Positions 16,451 through 31,387 of a DNA stretch of 64,000 nt are shown piece by piece. Numbering within the stretch: position 1 is the stretch's first letter; each line of letters begins with the position of its first letter. Source of the DNA: the human T2T-CHM13v2.0 reference genome, Homo sapiens; the NCBI RefSeq assembly GCF_009914755.1, contig NC_060942.1; one strand, written 5' to 3'. The translations under genes and the position numbers were made by a program. A model generated the notes under the pieces. It ran no database searches. It was given only the letters and a program-made list of their open reading frames with translations, and had not been told where the DNA came from.

Positions 16451-18087
16451 TTAGAAATATGGAGGCAAATATAAGAGACAGCTTTAAAAGCTGAATATTA
16501 ATATCTCAGACATGTGTAAGTGACACTGGGACAGGGCTGTCCGCTGGCATCTTTCAGTTGTGTGTGGCATGCACACCTGTTTTCATGAGACTCTTCAAAG
16601 CACCAAGGCTTTATGAGCACTGCCTCCTCCGCCTCACCCTTCCCCATTGCTGCCCAGTAAACCTTCCTTCCAGGGTGAACTCAGATGTCACCTGAGATGT
16701 AAGGGACTCCCAGACTCATCGGTCAGAATTGCTCCCTGTTTCCTTCATGCTCCCATAGCTGCTGGTATATCCCGATAACGGTTTCCATTGGTTTGACAAA
16801 TCGTTATTGAGTATCGATTATGGAGCACCTGGCATGCTCCTAGGTGCTGGAGATGAAGCAGTGAACCATTGTCCCTGCTCACAGGACTAGCAGTCTAGCA
16901 GGGAAGGCAGGCGTTCATGTCCACGGAGCTCCACTGTGCCATCCCTGGAGGTCCTTGCTTCCTTCCCTCCTCCATCCCAACATAATTAAACAGGAGGTAG
17001 AGAACAGGGCTTCTTCCCCCGCTCTACTATGTTTCCAGTATTGTCAGGACATCTAGTCCCTCACAATTTAACCCAGGGGGTTCAGGGGGGTCTCCATGCA
17101 TTTTCTCGTGGTTGTATTCCAACGCAGCTCTGTAAGCGGCACTCAGCATCCCTGGCCTCCCTGACTCCTAGTCCTCATCTGGGCTCAGTGCTGAGGCCAG
17201 TGCCTCCTTCTTCCCCTGATGCTCACTCAGCTGGGGAAGACACTCCACATTCCCTCATTGGTGACACCATGAAATAACACAGCCCAGTGCTCACAACATC
17301 TGACCGCATTTCAAATTCCTCTCTTCCCAAGGACTTTGGCCCAAGGTCATGGAGGACAGGAGGGTGGAGGACGGTGTCAGCAGCAGAAATCCTTTTACTC
17401 TCTCATTTTTTGGGGCAAGAACATAATATCTGTCCCCCATCTTCACTTGATTGCTGTCTTCAGGCTCTTTATTCTGCACTCTCACATGCTCACTATCATA
17501 CACATACCTCCAAAGAGAAAGTGGCCAGGTCACTAAACAGGAGAAGAATGAAACACAGAGAGGGGGAATGTGCTCATGCACGCCTGAGAAGGAGGAACAT
17601 GGCAGGACGTCGAAAACCACCTTGGAGGGGATCTTTCAAGTAGGGGATAAAAATATAATCAAAACAACCAACACAATCTAAAACAAATGTAGAACCAAAT
17701 GCCCTAAAATAACATAGGCTTAGATACTTATCACCCCTATTTGAATCCTGATCATCTGTCAATTTTCTTAAAATATTTCTGCAGAGGAAGTTTCAATAAC
17801 TCATCCGTCTCTATCCCCACTCACACAGAGCTGGTGTCCCCACTGGACTTGTACTGTGCCTTGCTCTTTTAAGTTATAACTTCCTTATGATTTCAGATAT
17901 ATCTTTCCTTGTGAATGAGGCCACTGGTCTATTTAACTTTATTAAATACCGATATGGCTGCTGACTGTCAAGAATGTAGCACTTTCTAATTCTAGTGAAT
18001 ATAATGAAATTTATATTAATATTTAAGTACATTTTCTCATTTGAGCTTCTTACCAATAAAGAAAAAGAAAAACCGTTATCTGTAAGA

Positions 18088-18122
18088 ACACACCCCTACA
18101 CACACATACACACACACACACA
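18088..18122. repeat. (CA)n microsatellite, imperfect
   Basis: Read directly from the sequence. Confidence 0.9.
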
Positions 18123-18340
18123 GAGTGATCACATGATCATTTGCTTAAGTAAAAGTTCTTAGATTTTTAACGAAGGGCGGAAGAGAAGTAAATACCTTTT
18201 CTTCTTTTTATATGAAGTTTCACTGTTATTTTTGTTTTTAAAATATAACTGAATCCTTCAAACATTAACTTAAAAATGACCCATAAATCATAATTTCTAA
18301 TGTGAGATGAAAGGCATTGCACAGCACTCTGCAGATTTGC

Positions 18341-18346
18341 TTTATT
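18341..18346 (-). terminator. FBXO15: Poly(A) signal AATAAA of FBXO15
   Basis: TTTATT on the plus strand, about 75 nt past the stop codon. Confidence 0.75.
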
Positions 18347-18420
18347 TTAATTTTCAACACCAAGAACAAAGCCAGTCAAAAATAAACAACTAAATAACAA
18401 CAATAATTTGCCACCTACTG

Positions 18421-18690
18421 CTAATATTCAGTCCCAAACCAATGGTTGATTTTTGCGATACTAAGATAAAGGACCAGGTTGACAATAAGGTATTCTTCGG
18501 TCTCTCTGATCCACACCAGCTCCACGTGCACTCTTCCTTCCGCATCAACGTAGTCCACGTTGTATGTCTGTCCCAAGAAGCTAGAGCTGTCAGAGGGTGT
18601 GGCAGGCGATCTCAGGCACACCGGGGAACTGAAACACCAAAAGGGTTTCCCATGTTCATCCAAAAGAGTTACGTCCATCATGGAACAACT
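18421..18690 (-). CDS. FBXO15: FBXO15 (F-box protein 15) terminal coding exon, SCSMMDVTLLDEHGKPFWCF...KINHWFGTEY*
   Basis: Acceptor TTTATTTTGCAG|AGT at 18691/18690, phase 0; TAG at 18421-18423; peptide recognised as the FBXO15 C-terminus; joins in frame to the 26887-27011 exon. Confidence 0.93.
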   Translation of the reverse strand, partial: SCSMMDVTLLDEHGKPFWCFSSPVCLRSPATPSDSSSFLGQTYNVDYVDAEGRVHVELVWIRETEEYLIVNLVLYLSIAKINHWFGTEY

Positions 18691-20399
18691 CTGCAAAATA
18701 AACACAGATTGACAAGGATAAAAAGGCCAATCAGACCTGATTTTCACAGAAAATCGTGACTCTGTAAAACTCACTAGAAATGCTGCGTGTGGCATCAAAA
18801 TCCAGAATACTATCATTGGTTTTTCATGGCCTACTTCATAACCTAGATTATACTTGGGCTTTTGTGTGTCTCATCACTTAATATTCATTCTCAAATATAC
18901 ACAGGAGCTCTCACAGGGCTCAGTTTAGGACTTAGCACTGGGAGCTCAGAGAAATGTGTCACAAATATTGTCCCTCTCCTCATGGAAGTTAAAGTACAGT
19001 GGCTACAGATGTGACACAAATCACACCAACAACCAGTCAGCGCTTCCGAGCGTGAGGCACCGCATCACCCTGAGAAGCAGTGTGCCTGTGTTCCTGGGTC
19101 TTCACTGCCACCACCAGGCCGACCCCTCCCCTCTTCTGAGAAACCTGCTTCTCTGAGGCTCTGAACTGCAGCTCTGCACCCATGCTCCATGCCTGTCTCT
19201 GACATGTGCCAGCCTCCTGTCCACCCACTCTCATTTCCAGGACTCTGGCACCAGCCCTGCTGTCTGCCTCTCCCTCTCACTCTCTCCCAAGTCTTCCAAG
19301 TCTCACTGTCATCCCAAGTGATCCCAACATCCGTGGGGACCCTGGTGGAGCCTCCAGTATCCTGGACTCTCAACTCCTGAGCTGGTCAACTCCATGACCT
19401 CCTCCTCGACTTGACCTCAGTTATTCACTCCCACAGTCACATGGCCGACACAGCACTTCCCGGAAGTGGTCCACTTTCACTATCCATGCCTCAGGCACCC
19501 TGTCTTCTAACTGCCACCCTTCGTCTTCCAGCTGACTCACTGGATGACTTCCACTACAACTGTACTTCAGATTTACCCAGTGTTTTCACCCTGCAAGCCA
19601 TGACCTATTAATGTATCCTGAAGTAAATTTAGCAGGACACAACTGTTTGTCAAAATAAAATGAAAAAGAACATAGTCGGCATGCATTACATACACTAAGC
19701 ATAAACGTCATTTCATGAACGCTGCTTTCATTGCACATGAATGTGTGGTCTGTATATGCCCATACCGCAGTGGATATGTAAAAAGGCCTGAAGAGCACTG
19801 CCCATGGACCTAGCCCACCCACTAGCCAGCCCTTCCTTCTCCCGCCTCTTCCTTTCCACTTTAGATTTCACTGGCCTTTGCTGGAATAACACTCTTGCCA
19901 ATGCACATACCTCCCTCACTCCCCTTGCAACACACCTTAGGGCCAGGTCCAGCAAAACCCCAGCCCCAGAGGAGCGCAGTTATTTTCTATCTGTCTGGAC
20001 CTGAGCACCAAGCACAGCGGGAGGGCTGCACGCAGAGCTGCTGGGTGCCCATGCAGCTGCACCATCCTCAGCTCGGCCTGACGGTCCCACCCTGGCTCTC
20101 TGGGTGGCTCCCTCTCCGCCTCATGGAACAACACCTCATCCCCTCCCTCAGCCCTCTGCATCCTGCTAGGAGGGTGATCTCTGCAGAGAACCTCGGCCTT
20201 CACAGACAGGGGAGAAGGATGTTTTCCTCAACTTCCCACTGCAGATCCACAGCCCAGCTCCTCTGCGCCCACCTCTCCTCACATGTGTTTCTCATCTGCT
20301 CCTCCCGGGTGTGGCCCAGTAACCTCCTGCTGCAGCGTAGCCCATCTTGCAAAGGCATGATGTCCCTCTCAAGTGACTACTTCTGTCCTCCCATCAGCT

Positions 20400-22190
20400 T
20401 TTAGTCTTTAACACATTCAAGTAACTCCCATCTTAGAGAGGCAGAGAGAGGGAAACAGCCTCCCTGGGCCCCGCAGGCCCCTGCTCTTTCCTCGCTTCCC
20501 AGACAACCCTCTCCAAAGAGCTGTCTCCGCTGGATTTGTCCATTAATACCCATTCACTCATCAAACCACTCTGGCCTGGTATCCTTTTTCCATCATCTGA
20601 CCGAACATCTCTTGATAAGGCCACTAAATCCAGTGACCATCTGTCAGTCTGCTTCTCAGCAGTGTTTAGTTTTTCAAGAGAACAGTGAAGAGTAATTCTA
20701 CCTCTCCAAATGCATCCAGAACCCACAAGCCCTGCAGCTCTCTACCCACTCCCATTGCTGAGGTTCCTACAGCTTGGTCCTAGGCCCTATTTTCACTCTA
20801 TGTAATCTCTCCCCATAAATGGAACTCATCTACATTCACATCCTAAGTTATCACCAACATGCCTGTGATTCCCAAAAGTTTATCTCCAGGCCGAACTTCT
20901 TTTCTAAGTTCAAGACCTAAATATTCAAGTGCGTACTCAACTTCTGGATCTTTCAACGGTCCCTCAAGTCCAGCAGGACTATGCCCAAACTCAGGACCCT
21001 CCCAGCAAAGCTCTCCTGGTACTCCTCGTCCCAGGGACTGGTGGAACCATCATCAGTCATCTGGCTGTGCATGCCTGAAATGTGGGCGTCCTTCTAGGGG
21101 CCTCCCTCCTAGCCCTGACGAGCCAACCATCACCCAATCCCGTTAGTTCTTACCTCTCTTTCGAATCGCTTTAATTTTGTCCATCTCCATTGCCACTGCC
21201 CTAGTCCAAGTGCTATGGTCTGAATGTTTGTGCGTCCCAAAATCCGTGTCTTAAAATCTGATCACCAATGTGACTGTTTAGGCAGTGCGGCCTCTAGGAG
21301 GTGATTAGGTCACGGGGGCAGAGCTCTCATGAATAGGACTGAGGTCCTTATAAAAGAGGCCCACAGAGCTGTCTCACTCCTTTTACCAGGTGAGGACACT
21401 GCTAGAAGGTGCCTCTAGGAACTAGGAAGAGGGCCCTCACCAGACACCCATCTGCTGGTGCTTTGACCTTGGTGCTTCCAGCCTCCAGAACTGTAAGAAG
21501 TAAGTTTCTATTGCTTAAAAGCCACCCAGCTGATGGTGATATGTGATAGCATGCCAAGCAGACTAGGAAACCAAGTGACTGCTCTTCCTTTAAGGAGGCA
21601 GCCATCTAACTGATCTCCCCACTCATTCGCCATATTCAGAAGACAAACCTTTACAAAACATGAGTCTGAGCATATCACCCTGAGACAACTTTCCACGGCT
21701 CTCAAGAAAGAACCAAATTCCTTCCGGCTACCATTAAGGCCTGACCTGGCCTCATCCGCCCATCCCACCTCATTGCACACATCTTGCCATCTGTGCTCCA
21801 GCCACACTGACCCTTCACCCTTGAACACACCATGCCCCCAGCTGACAAAGAGCCACCCAAGCTCCCCTGCTGAGAGATCCTCTTCCCATCTTCTCTTTGT
21901 CCATCTCAGCATTCAGTTCGAATACCAGTCCCTTGAGGAAGTTTCCCTGATACTCTCATCTCAACTGACCATGTACCCAATGGGCAGAAACACCAGTGTG
22001 TTGAATGCAGAACTTGATACAGCTGCAGTGCTGAAACTGACTCGGCCCGGCCAGTGCAGGTAGAGATGGATGCTAAGCACCAAGAGGGCAGGACTTAGGC
22101 CAGCTTGGTTCAGCATCGTGCCCCTGGCCACCTGCATATGCACACAGTCACTGAAGCTCAACCACTATGTGCTGAATGAATGAATGAGTG
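20400..22190 (+). mobile_element. Degraded L2 LINE fragments, interrupted by MLT1A
   Basis: Pyrimidine-rich L2-like motifs (CTCCATTGCCACTGCCCTAGTCCAAG) and a terminal GAATGAATGAATGA. Confidence 0.6.
21211..21570 (+). mobile_element. MLT1A-type MaLR solo LTR
   Basis: TGCTATGGTCTGAATGTTTGTG...CCAGCCTCCAGAACTGTAAGA; perfect 5-bp TSD CCAAG at 21206-21210 and 21571-21575. Confidence 0.92.
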
Positions 22191-24384
22191 TGATAAAATG
22201 AGAGGGAGGTGGTAAGAGTAGTGATGGAGGTGCTGGTTGTTATTAAACACTAAGGTAGGACAGCAGGAGCCCTAATGCATCAGGGGCAGCAAACACCAGG
22301 AAAGAAGAGATGGGTGAAGAAGCAGCCAGCATGAAACACACTAATCCCTGATGGGAGAGTGCACGCCAGAGCCTAAGGCCCCTCACATCAGATGAGCTAC
22401 ACAGTGAGACCACCCAGGAACCCCTCAGACACCTGACCTTGCTCCCTGATGCCTTTCCCAGGCAATCGGCTGCAGTGGTCCTGGAACAGCAGCGACCAGC
22501 CCCACACAGCCTGTTCCACAGCACCCACTGCTTCCTGCATGACAGGGACCACCACACACAGAGCCTGGGCTGCGAGGAGGACACCAGAGTGGGGAGCAGG
22601 TGGGGAATAAGAAAAAACACCCTACACTGCAGCCTCACTGAGGCTGAGAATGGGGGAGTTGAAGCCAATACTGAGGGCCAGCAGATGGCTCTGTCTTTGG
22701 CAGGCAGCCGGAGCCCTCCTGGAATGGGCATTACCACTGTGGCCGTTTTAGAGAGAAGGCTCTGAGGTCTAAGCACCTCTGAGATAACACAGCAGGTGGG
22801 ACTGCATGGTGCATCCATCTTCCACACCCCACCACCCTGCACGACCTTAGCCACTGGGCTAGCAGTCACTTGACTGTGTTACTTACAACCTCACCAAACC
22901 CACCAGCATAGAGATGGTGGTTAGATCCTATGGGAGGAAGGAGGTGGAGCCCTGGGTCCCATCACCTGCGAGAAGGTTGAGGAGGAGAAACCCTGGCAGA
23001 AGTCAGGAAGGAGCGGCCGGTGGGGCACAAGGGCTCCTTGGTGAGGACGCTGCTCACAGCCCTAAGCCGTCGGTGGGTGTCTCAGTCTTTCTGCTCTCCC
23101 ACCTCCTCTGCTGCCAGATCAAGAGCTGGGAGCTGACTCTCCTCTGAAGCCCTCCTAGTTCTCAAAGTCCAGCATTCTCCAATTCCCTCCTAACCTAAAA
23201 CATGGCCTAGCACACGATAGGCACATCAAACTCTTTAACAACATCCACAGATACACCAAAATCCAAATTCTTTCCTGAGGGTTTCAAGGCCCCCCCCCGA
23301 CCTGCCCCAGCAGCCTTTCCAATGCCCCCCAGTCACTGTCCCTCCTGTCCCCGGGTGCTAGCCCACCCCAGGCAGGACAGCCAGCTAGGAAGAGGCCCGC
23401 CTCAGCACCAGCCGCAGCGGCACAGTGGGTCTCGCACCCCTCCCCGGGCCAGCTGCCCCTCACCTCTAGAAGCTCGCTCCTTATTTCCCATCCTGTCCGA
23501 AGCATCTCTTTCTCCACTGGGTTCCTTCTCCAGAATAAATCACTCCCAACCTTCTGGGGGGGGATGCATGTCAGAACCTCTCATGAGCCTTCCTCCCACT
23601 GGCCCCTTTCCTCTTTCTCCTCACAGAACTTGTTTTCAATCATCCCTCTCCTAAATCAGTCCCTCTCACCCTGAACGTCCAGGAGGCACACATCTGAGCA
23701 GTCGGCAGACCTCACCCTCCTTGCAGGAGGAAGTCTCTCCTCACCTGCGCTCCCATGGACCAGTGAACTACGCCAGGCTCAAAACTCAGTGTCTGGGGAG
23801 AGTGCAGCACTCGCACGTGTGGGACTGTTCTGTTCTTCCTGCGATTTTCGGTTGTATCAGCACCAGCAGCCTTAATCACCCATGCAGCTGCAGTGCTTGT
23901 CAAGTGAAGTGGCCAGGATGCCTTTCTCATGGGCCACGGCCACCCACAACATGCTGACCCACGATGTACCCACAGCAGGCTCTACTGAACTCAGCTGTTC
24001 TTACATAAAGCAGAACCACAGAACTACACTGAAATATCTAGTCTAAATAAAAATTGATGCCAATCTCCATATAGATTTAGAAGTAACATTAAAATAACAT
24101 CAAAAATGCCAAGGAGTGAAAGAAAAACATAAAAGAAACATACGGGAAAAGCCTCACCAAAAGAAAATCCATCCATCTGAAATTCTGATAGGCGCTGGGA
24201 GGAGACAGAGCAGGAGAGTATTTCACTTTGATTACTTGACTTATGCTGAAGACTGCAGCAAGGTTACCTTGAGAGGGTAGCCTAGCTGTTTCAACATGAC
24301 TTTGTAAAATAGCATGGTAACCACTTACAGAGCAAGCGTCCTGCATGGATTCAGTACTAACACGTGGCCACTGAAAGCATCTTT

Positions 24385-24515
24385 AAATGAAAAGTTCTGG
24401 AGATTAGACAGTAGTGATGGTTATACAACAATGAGAAGGTATGTAAGCCACTGAAATATAGAAGTCAAGTGGTGAAGGTGGTAAATTTTATGTTTATTTT
24501 ACCACAATTAAAATA
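24385..24515 (+). mobile_element. Old L1M 3'-end fragment
   Basis: ATGAAAAGTTCTGGAGATTAGACAGTAGTGATGGTT...TTTTACCACAATTAAAA. Confidence 0.7.
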
Positions 24516-26886
24516 CAGCTCATTCATAATATTATTGTAATAATTATCAGTATCTTTTGAGTTTTTTAAAAAAAGAATAAAAAACTGACCTACTTAGAAT
24601 GTGATTTTTAAAGAATTTTAAAGTTTAATAATTTACCACATAAACTTATGATCTGTTGAGTTTTTGCTCTAGGAACTCAAACTAAAGATACTTTCCACCT
24701 GAATTACCTCCACACCAGTAAGTGTTGGAGGTCACTCAACTCTGAGGTTGGAGGAAGACGGAGATTCTCATGGGAACAGCAGGTCCCAAGGACATCAGAT
24801 GTCCTTTCACGACTGCACATCACTTCAACCAACACGACACAACTAGGCAGCATCCTCCGTCATTATCATTAATATTTTCTCACTTCTTTGTCCTTCCACC
24901 AGCATCGTATTTGGGTGACGTACTTTCTCAGTAGCCTATGCTCTGACAGGCATCGTAAACTATTTAGTAGAAGCTCCTCACCAGAGGTTGTGTCTACAAT
25001 TTCCAGAAGGAGCCGGGTTTTTATTTTACATTTTTTTAAAAGTCATATGTACCTAAGAAACTTTCTAAGCTTATGTCCATGCTTTAAAAAAAAAGTTTTT
25101 AACTCCTTCCAAGCAATTTCTTAAAATAAATGTTATCATTTCACTATTCTTAGGGTGATCAGATTCCTGGAGAGAAATACCTGAGCTGCACAGCAAATAC
25201 AAGACATATGACATCACTGATCTGACTTTTTATTCTTTTGGGAATTCTGAGGACGGCTTAGTCTTAATACTGAATCCAAGAGCATAAAAGGCAAACAGAA
25301 AATAAACCACATCTACCCTCCAGGCCCAAGGGAGAAGGTACAAGCTTTTGAGCTATCTGCTATCTTTTCCCAAAGCCCATCTGAGAGAAGGAATTTATGG
25401 GGAAAACTGTCCAGGGACATGCAATCCATTCTCTACTTTAAAAACTCAAAATCCTGCTTTCAGATCAAGCTGTTTTTCTAAACACCTGTGCACCTCAGTC
25501 ACATTGGTTTAGCAACCTACAGAATCACTGCTTGGAGCTCATGTAAAGGTCCAATTTTGAAGCCGTATCTTCAGCTTCTCTGAGAACTTCTATGAGAAAT
25601 CTGTGAGTGCATCTGCTGCTAAGATGCTATTCAGGGTGGGTCCATTATGTAGCTTAGTCTGCCCTACATAAAGTCCCATTGGAAATTTTGTTTTTAATGA
25701 TCAGAACTGGGATAAAGCTTTCTTTGTATAATTACTACATTTCCCTTTTTTCTCCCAATGAGAACTAAATGACTGCTCTCATCTTTCTCTGGACTACCAG
25801 AAAACACAGAACAAATTATTTTTAAAAATTATGCTGACCCTTTAAAAGACAGTCACATTCACATTCTGCCTTTCTTGATCCTCAAGGTCTATTTTGACGT
25901 GAATATTTTATCTTAGTACCTACTTTTATTATAGGCTTTATTGAAATCTGAAGAAAAAGAAAGAAGGTAGGTCTGTGCTCTTAAAGGCATGAAACAACAT
26001 GGTGTGTGATAAACATCATTTTTACCAAAACTTAAACATTTGCTATGAATAAATAGGATTTGTAAAATATCTCATTGCATCAAATATCAAGTGGCTCAAG
26101 GGACAGTGCTTCATGATAACACCACTCTTGGTCCCAGTCGTCATCATTAATAGTTCTAACAAGGTGCGCATGCATAGCGCCGTATAAAGCCATGTTACAG
26201 GAGGCCCCCGCAGTCACAGGAGATTGATCCCACTGGTCCCTGGGACAATGAAAATCTTGTTCATCCCATAAAATAAAGTTGGAGAGTGACAAGAACCAGG
26301 AGCAGCCATGGGCACAAGGACAGAAGAAAGCAAAACTGTGAGAACATCTTTCTCCTCTTCCTCCTCCTCCCTCCTTCCCTGCTACTTCCCAACCACTAAG
26401 TCAACTCTCCCACCCATGTGGCTAATCTTTATTTAACAGTTCAAGGAAATCCCTATATCCTGGACTAAGAATTTATAACTGCAATAAGTTTTAAATTGGT
26501 ACATGGATGATCAAGATGTTTTGAGTAGATGCTGCCTGCGTGGTCCAACCTTCAGTTCCACTCTCTTTCCACAAAACAGAGGGGCTTTGAGAGAGTAGGG
26601 GACTGTGATCAACAGTGTTCTGAAATGCTGCTGCAGACTACCTGCCCCTCCAACTCCACCATACTCAGTGACAAATGAAAGGTACTCAATAAGCATCTCA
26701 TGAGTGAATCCACTGGCTGTCAATGGCTAACAGAATGTGCACCAACCTTCAGAAACCAGAACAATAAATCCAGAACTATAAAAGAAACATCATACATATA
26801 TGACAATATAATTTATATATATAAACAGACTTTTTATTATATAGAAATCAAGTTACTTGAAGAAAAGAAAACGGTTCTGTTTTTAC

Positions 26887-27011
26887 CTTTATACAGCCAT
26901 CAAAAATATCAGTTTTCCACGAGAGGCCAACTTTTCCAATAAGAGGTAGGTGTTCTCTGTTATTTTTTAAATGTATAACAATGAGCTTCACATGTCCATT
27001 TTCAATATTTC
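26887..27011 (-). CDS. FBXO15: FBXO15 penultimate exon, (G)NIENGHVKLIVIHLKNNREHLPLIGKVGLSWKTDIFDGCIK
   Basis: Acceptor TCTTTTCAG|GA, donor AAG|GTAAAA; 125 nt = 2 nt + 41 codons, phase 1 in and phase 0 out, matching the terminal exon. Confidence 0.92.
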
Positions 27012-28814
27012 CTGAAAAGATATAAGATTGTTTCAATCACTGTCTTTCAGTGCAAGATGACAAACCAAGCACGTTCAGTCGGCGACTTTATAAGGATACC
27101 TCACCCTGGTAAGCCCTGGCCTCAGCGATGAGGGCAACATGGGCACAGCAATCCCAGCCTCTGGCTTGAGGCCAGAGTGATGCATCTGTGTCCCAGAGGC
27201 AGAAACATTAACAAGTGCCCAGAAAGGTGATGTCAAAGGTGAGTCAGGGGAAGCTGGCTGAGGCGAGCCTGGATAGCCACCTGTCACTGATGGAAAGGTG
27301 GTCGCTGAAGGAGGAAAGGGTTCTTCTGATGTGGGTAAGCCAACAGTGTTGGAAACCGATATCTAGAATTACACAGCTGAAGAAAGCAGGTGCAGAAATG
27401 GCAAAGAAACAAGGGGCTGGAGAGCAGGCGAACATGAAGAGGAGTGGAAGAAACTCACATGAAATAAACCAACACCTCTGCACATGCTTGTAACTGAGTG
27501 AGAGTCCGTGCACATGCCCACCTAGCTGGAGGCCAAACCCTGGCCCTCTGCTGCCAGCTCCAAGCCAGCTACTGGCAGCCTGGCCACACGGAGGAGCCCT
27601 CGCACCCACACAGCACACTAGCCCTGCTGCCACAGGCCTCTTGTGGCAGGGAGAGCCGCAGCACCACTCGGTCTCACACAGACACAAGCTTCCTGGTTCT
27701 GTCTGAACGCACCCTGAGAAGCGACCATCAGTTGCTTCTCACACAAACCAACCGACAGCAACACAACTCATACCCGAGAATTCTCCAGAGATGGAAGTCT
27801 GAACAAAGGGAAGATGCAAGTCACAGGGCAAAGCAAACAGAAAAATCATGGAAAAGAGCAAATGTTCTCCAGCCCTGGCCTGGTTATTTCATGAGACAAA
27901 ATAAAACCAAAGCCAAGCTGCCTTGGGAGCCAAAGCTCTGCTCTAGAAATGTTATACAGTGTTCTCCAACTTCAGTGTCACCAGAAGGTTAAAGCCCACA
28001 CTTTGCCTGGGGCCTCTTTTGTGACCCAGTAATATGCTTTAAGTGAAAGAGGACGCAGAGGCAGGGTTTCCAGCCCCGCAAACGGGAGCTCCTTGCCCAG
28101 ATGCCACACTGCTGGTTTCTCCACGTCTTACTTCTGTTCCAAGGACAGAGGCAGCCCACATTTTCCTCTCTAATGCTGAGTAATTAGCAAGAGCTGTGTA
28201 GCTTCCCTTCCACTCTCCCCAGGCATAGGAAGAAATGCCAAATGACACGGACCCTTCCCAGGCAACAGCTCTGCTGTCACCTCATCACCTCGTCACCTCA
28301 GCAGGGCTCGACGGAAGCAGGGAGGAAGTGTATGAAAAGCGAGGCCTCAGTGGAGGCACAGTAATGACATTCTGAATGGACCAGATGTGACTCTGCTCTG
28401 CCCTGCACTACTGCAGCCACGTGCAAAACCAAGGGAGGCCTCTGACTGGTGCGGCAAAGGCAGGCAGCCGACGGCGCCTACAGAAAACCAGGAGCTCATC
28501 TTCCACACAGCTTGTCCCCAGGACACGGCAGAAAATGCACTCCAAATACAGCAGCCAATAACGTCTCAGTGGCAACTGCCTGAGCTAATAAACCTCAAAT
28601 CCCTGTAGGAAGCAGAGACTGTTATTTTGTTATTACCAGGTATTCTCCCACTTCAGAACAATTATAACACTGTGGTGTCTCCAAAGGTCAGAGCTCTTTC
28701 CGCCAACCCTCTGTAACCACTTATAAGACAGAGAAAGGTTAAGCTCTTCCTACATTTAAACAGTCTGCACATGGAACAGATGTGTGAAAGTGTGTGTATA
28801 TAAAATAGGTGTAT

Positions 28815-29030
28815 TTTTGAGTACTTATTGTATACCAACCACTGAGTTAGACACTTAACAGCTTAGAAGAATACTTTAACACCTTAATAATAATATTAAC
28901 TGGGTAATATAATTTTCTGAATTCATAGGTGATAAAACTGATGCAGAGAGGTTAACAGTAACTCGCCCAAGGTCAGATCCCTGGTCAACGGCAGAAACAT
29001 GATCCAAACCCTGTTCTGTGTCCAGAGTCT
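28815..29030 (-). mobile_element. MIR SINE
   Basis: GATAAAACTGATGCAGAGAGGTTAAC...CTCGCCCAAGGTCA core. Confidence 0.7.
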
Positions 29031-29684
29031 ATGTTACAATAGAGTAAGAAATATGCAAAACATAGCACTAATTAATTACTAGCCAATAATTTATAATGCA
29101 GATTCAGATTCTCATGTTTGTTTTCATACTACTCCCAAGAGAAAAGCCTATTTATAAATTAGCAAGCAGGATACACTGGGGAATCACTATGGCTTCCCAA
29201 TACTTGAAGTAATGGCTCAGCCTATGAGTCCCACAGCCTCTGCTCCCAGCCCTCCTTATAAGCCGGTCACTGGTGATGCAGGCTCCTTCAGTGAGACACA
29301 TGTGTTCCTGTAAACCTGGAGTCGGAAATGAGCATGAGAGGAGGAAGAGAACGGGAAGAGCCATCTGCTGGCAGAGGCAGTGGCAGGGGCCTGCGCCTCA
29401 GGCGGGCAGGAGCAGAGGTTCTGAGGCTGCTAATGGTTACTATACTGCTGATAGTTTCACAAGAGAAGCCACAGAGCATGGCTTTGCATCTATAAACACA
29501 GAGTGTGGCTCTCCTAGAGAGACTATGAGCAAGTATAGCCTTCATTAAATTCCCGTGCTCCTTAAGTCATTCAGAATAAACTCTGTTCTTGGAGACTCTA
29601 ATCTTAACTTACCAATACACAAGACCATCTGCAAAATTCAGCAAAATACAATTTGAGGCTCACCATCCTTGGTTTCCAGTGACA

Positions 29685-29840
29685 CTGTACTGGTAAGCAT
29701 GGCCTTTAGACTCATAAAGACCTCATTCCAAACCCTGCTCAGCCATTTATTAACTGTATAACCACGGTCAAGTTCCGAACTCAGTAAAATACGGATACAA
29801 ACAGCACTTGATAAGGCCTTGTGAGGATGAATGGAACTGA
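29685..29840 (+). mobile_element. MIR SINE fragment
   Basis: AGCATGGCCTTTAGACTCA...CAAACCCTGCTCAGCCATTTATTAACTGT. Confidence 0.55.
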
Positions 29841-29954
29841 TAATATTAACATTATGCAGTAGTTGATTATGTATGCCAAGCTAAGTGTGTTAAGTACCCT
29901 CTATACTTTATCTCAATAATAATATTCTATCTAAAGACTGTCAAGTGCATTGTC

Positions 29955-30910
<956 letters not shown>

Positions 30911-31387
30911 CACTAATTTGTAACACTTTCATAATAAGTCATCAGATGTACAAACCAAGAAAACATGTACTAACAAGTACTAATAAATATGCTATAATGA
31001 ATTATCTGCTTTGACTTTTCTAGGTAATTACCACTCAGAAAGGAGTATACTGTTTCTAATGCTTTACCTATTATAAATTCTTGGGGAGTATAATCTGAAC
31101 TAGACACAGAAAAAAAATTAATATCAAGAAACTTGATAATATCAAGATGGAACGAAAAGTCACCTATTTTTGGAATTACAACAATAAAAAAGACAATAAC
31201 ATGATATATACAAAAATAACTGAAAAAAACTCAAAAACATTAAAGAAGAATTTCATAAGGAGATCACCTGCACTTCTCAGGTTCTGCTGCTAAAGAGCTA
31301 AACAATCTCCTACCTCTGAGGCCCATAACTTGTTTTTCATACCCTTGACATTTTCTATTGTGTCTTACAGAGTAAGCACTGAATAGC

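Larger units (their letters stand above)
18691..26886 (-). other. FBXO15: Last intron of FBXO15 (GT-AG, 8196 nt)
   Basis: Donor AAG|GTAAAA at 26887/26886 and acceptor CAG ending at 18691. Confidence 0.88.

Noticed and set aside
18691-18816. N-terminal 42 codons of the 131-aa ORF 18421-18816
   Set aside because: They lie upstream of the splice acceptor at 18691 and are intronic, so this is not a standalone gene.
22243-22869. 208-aa minus-strand ORF in the last intron (also 19895-20404, 27244-27687 and 27498-27992)
   Set aside because: No recognisable domain, and the Ser/Pro/Leu/Cys-rich composition with overlapping ORFs on both strands is typical of chance frames in GC-richer DNA.
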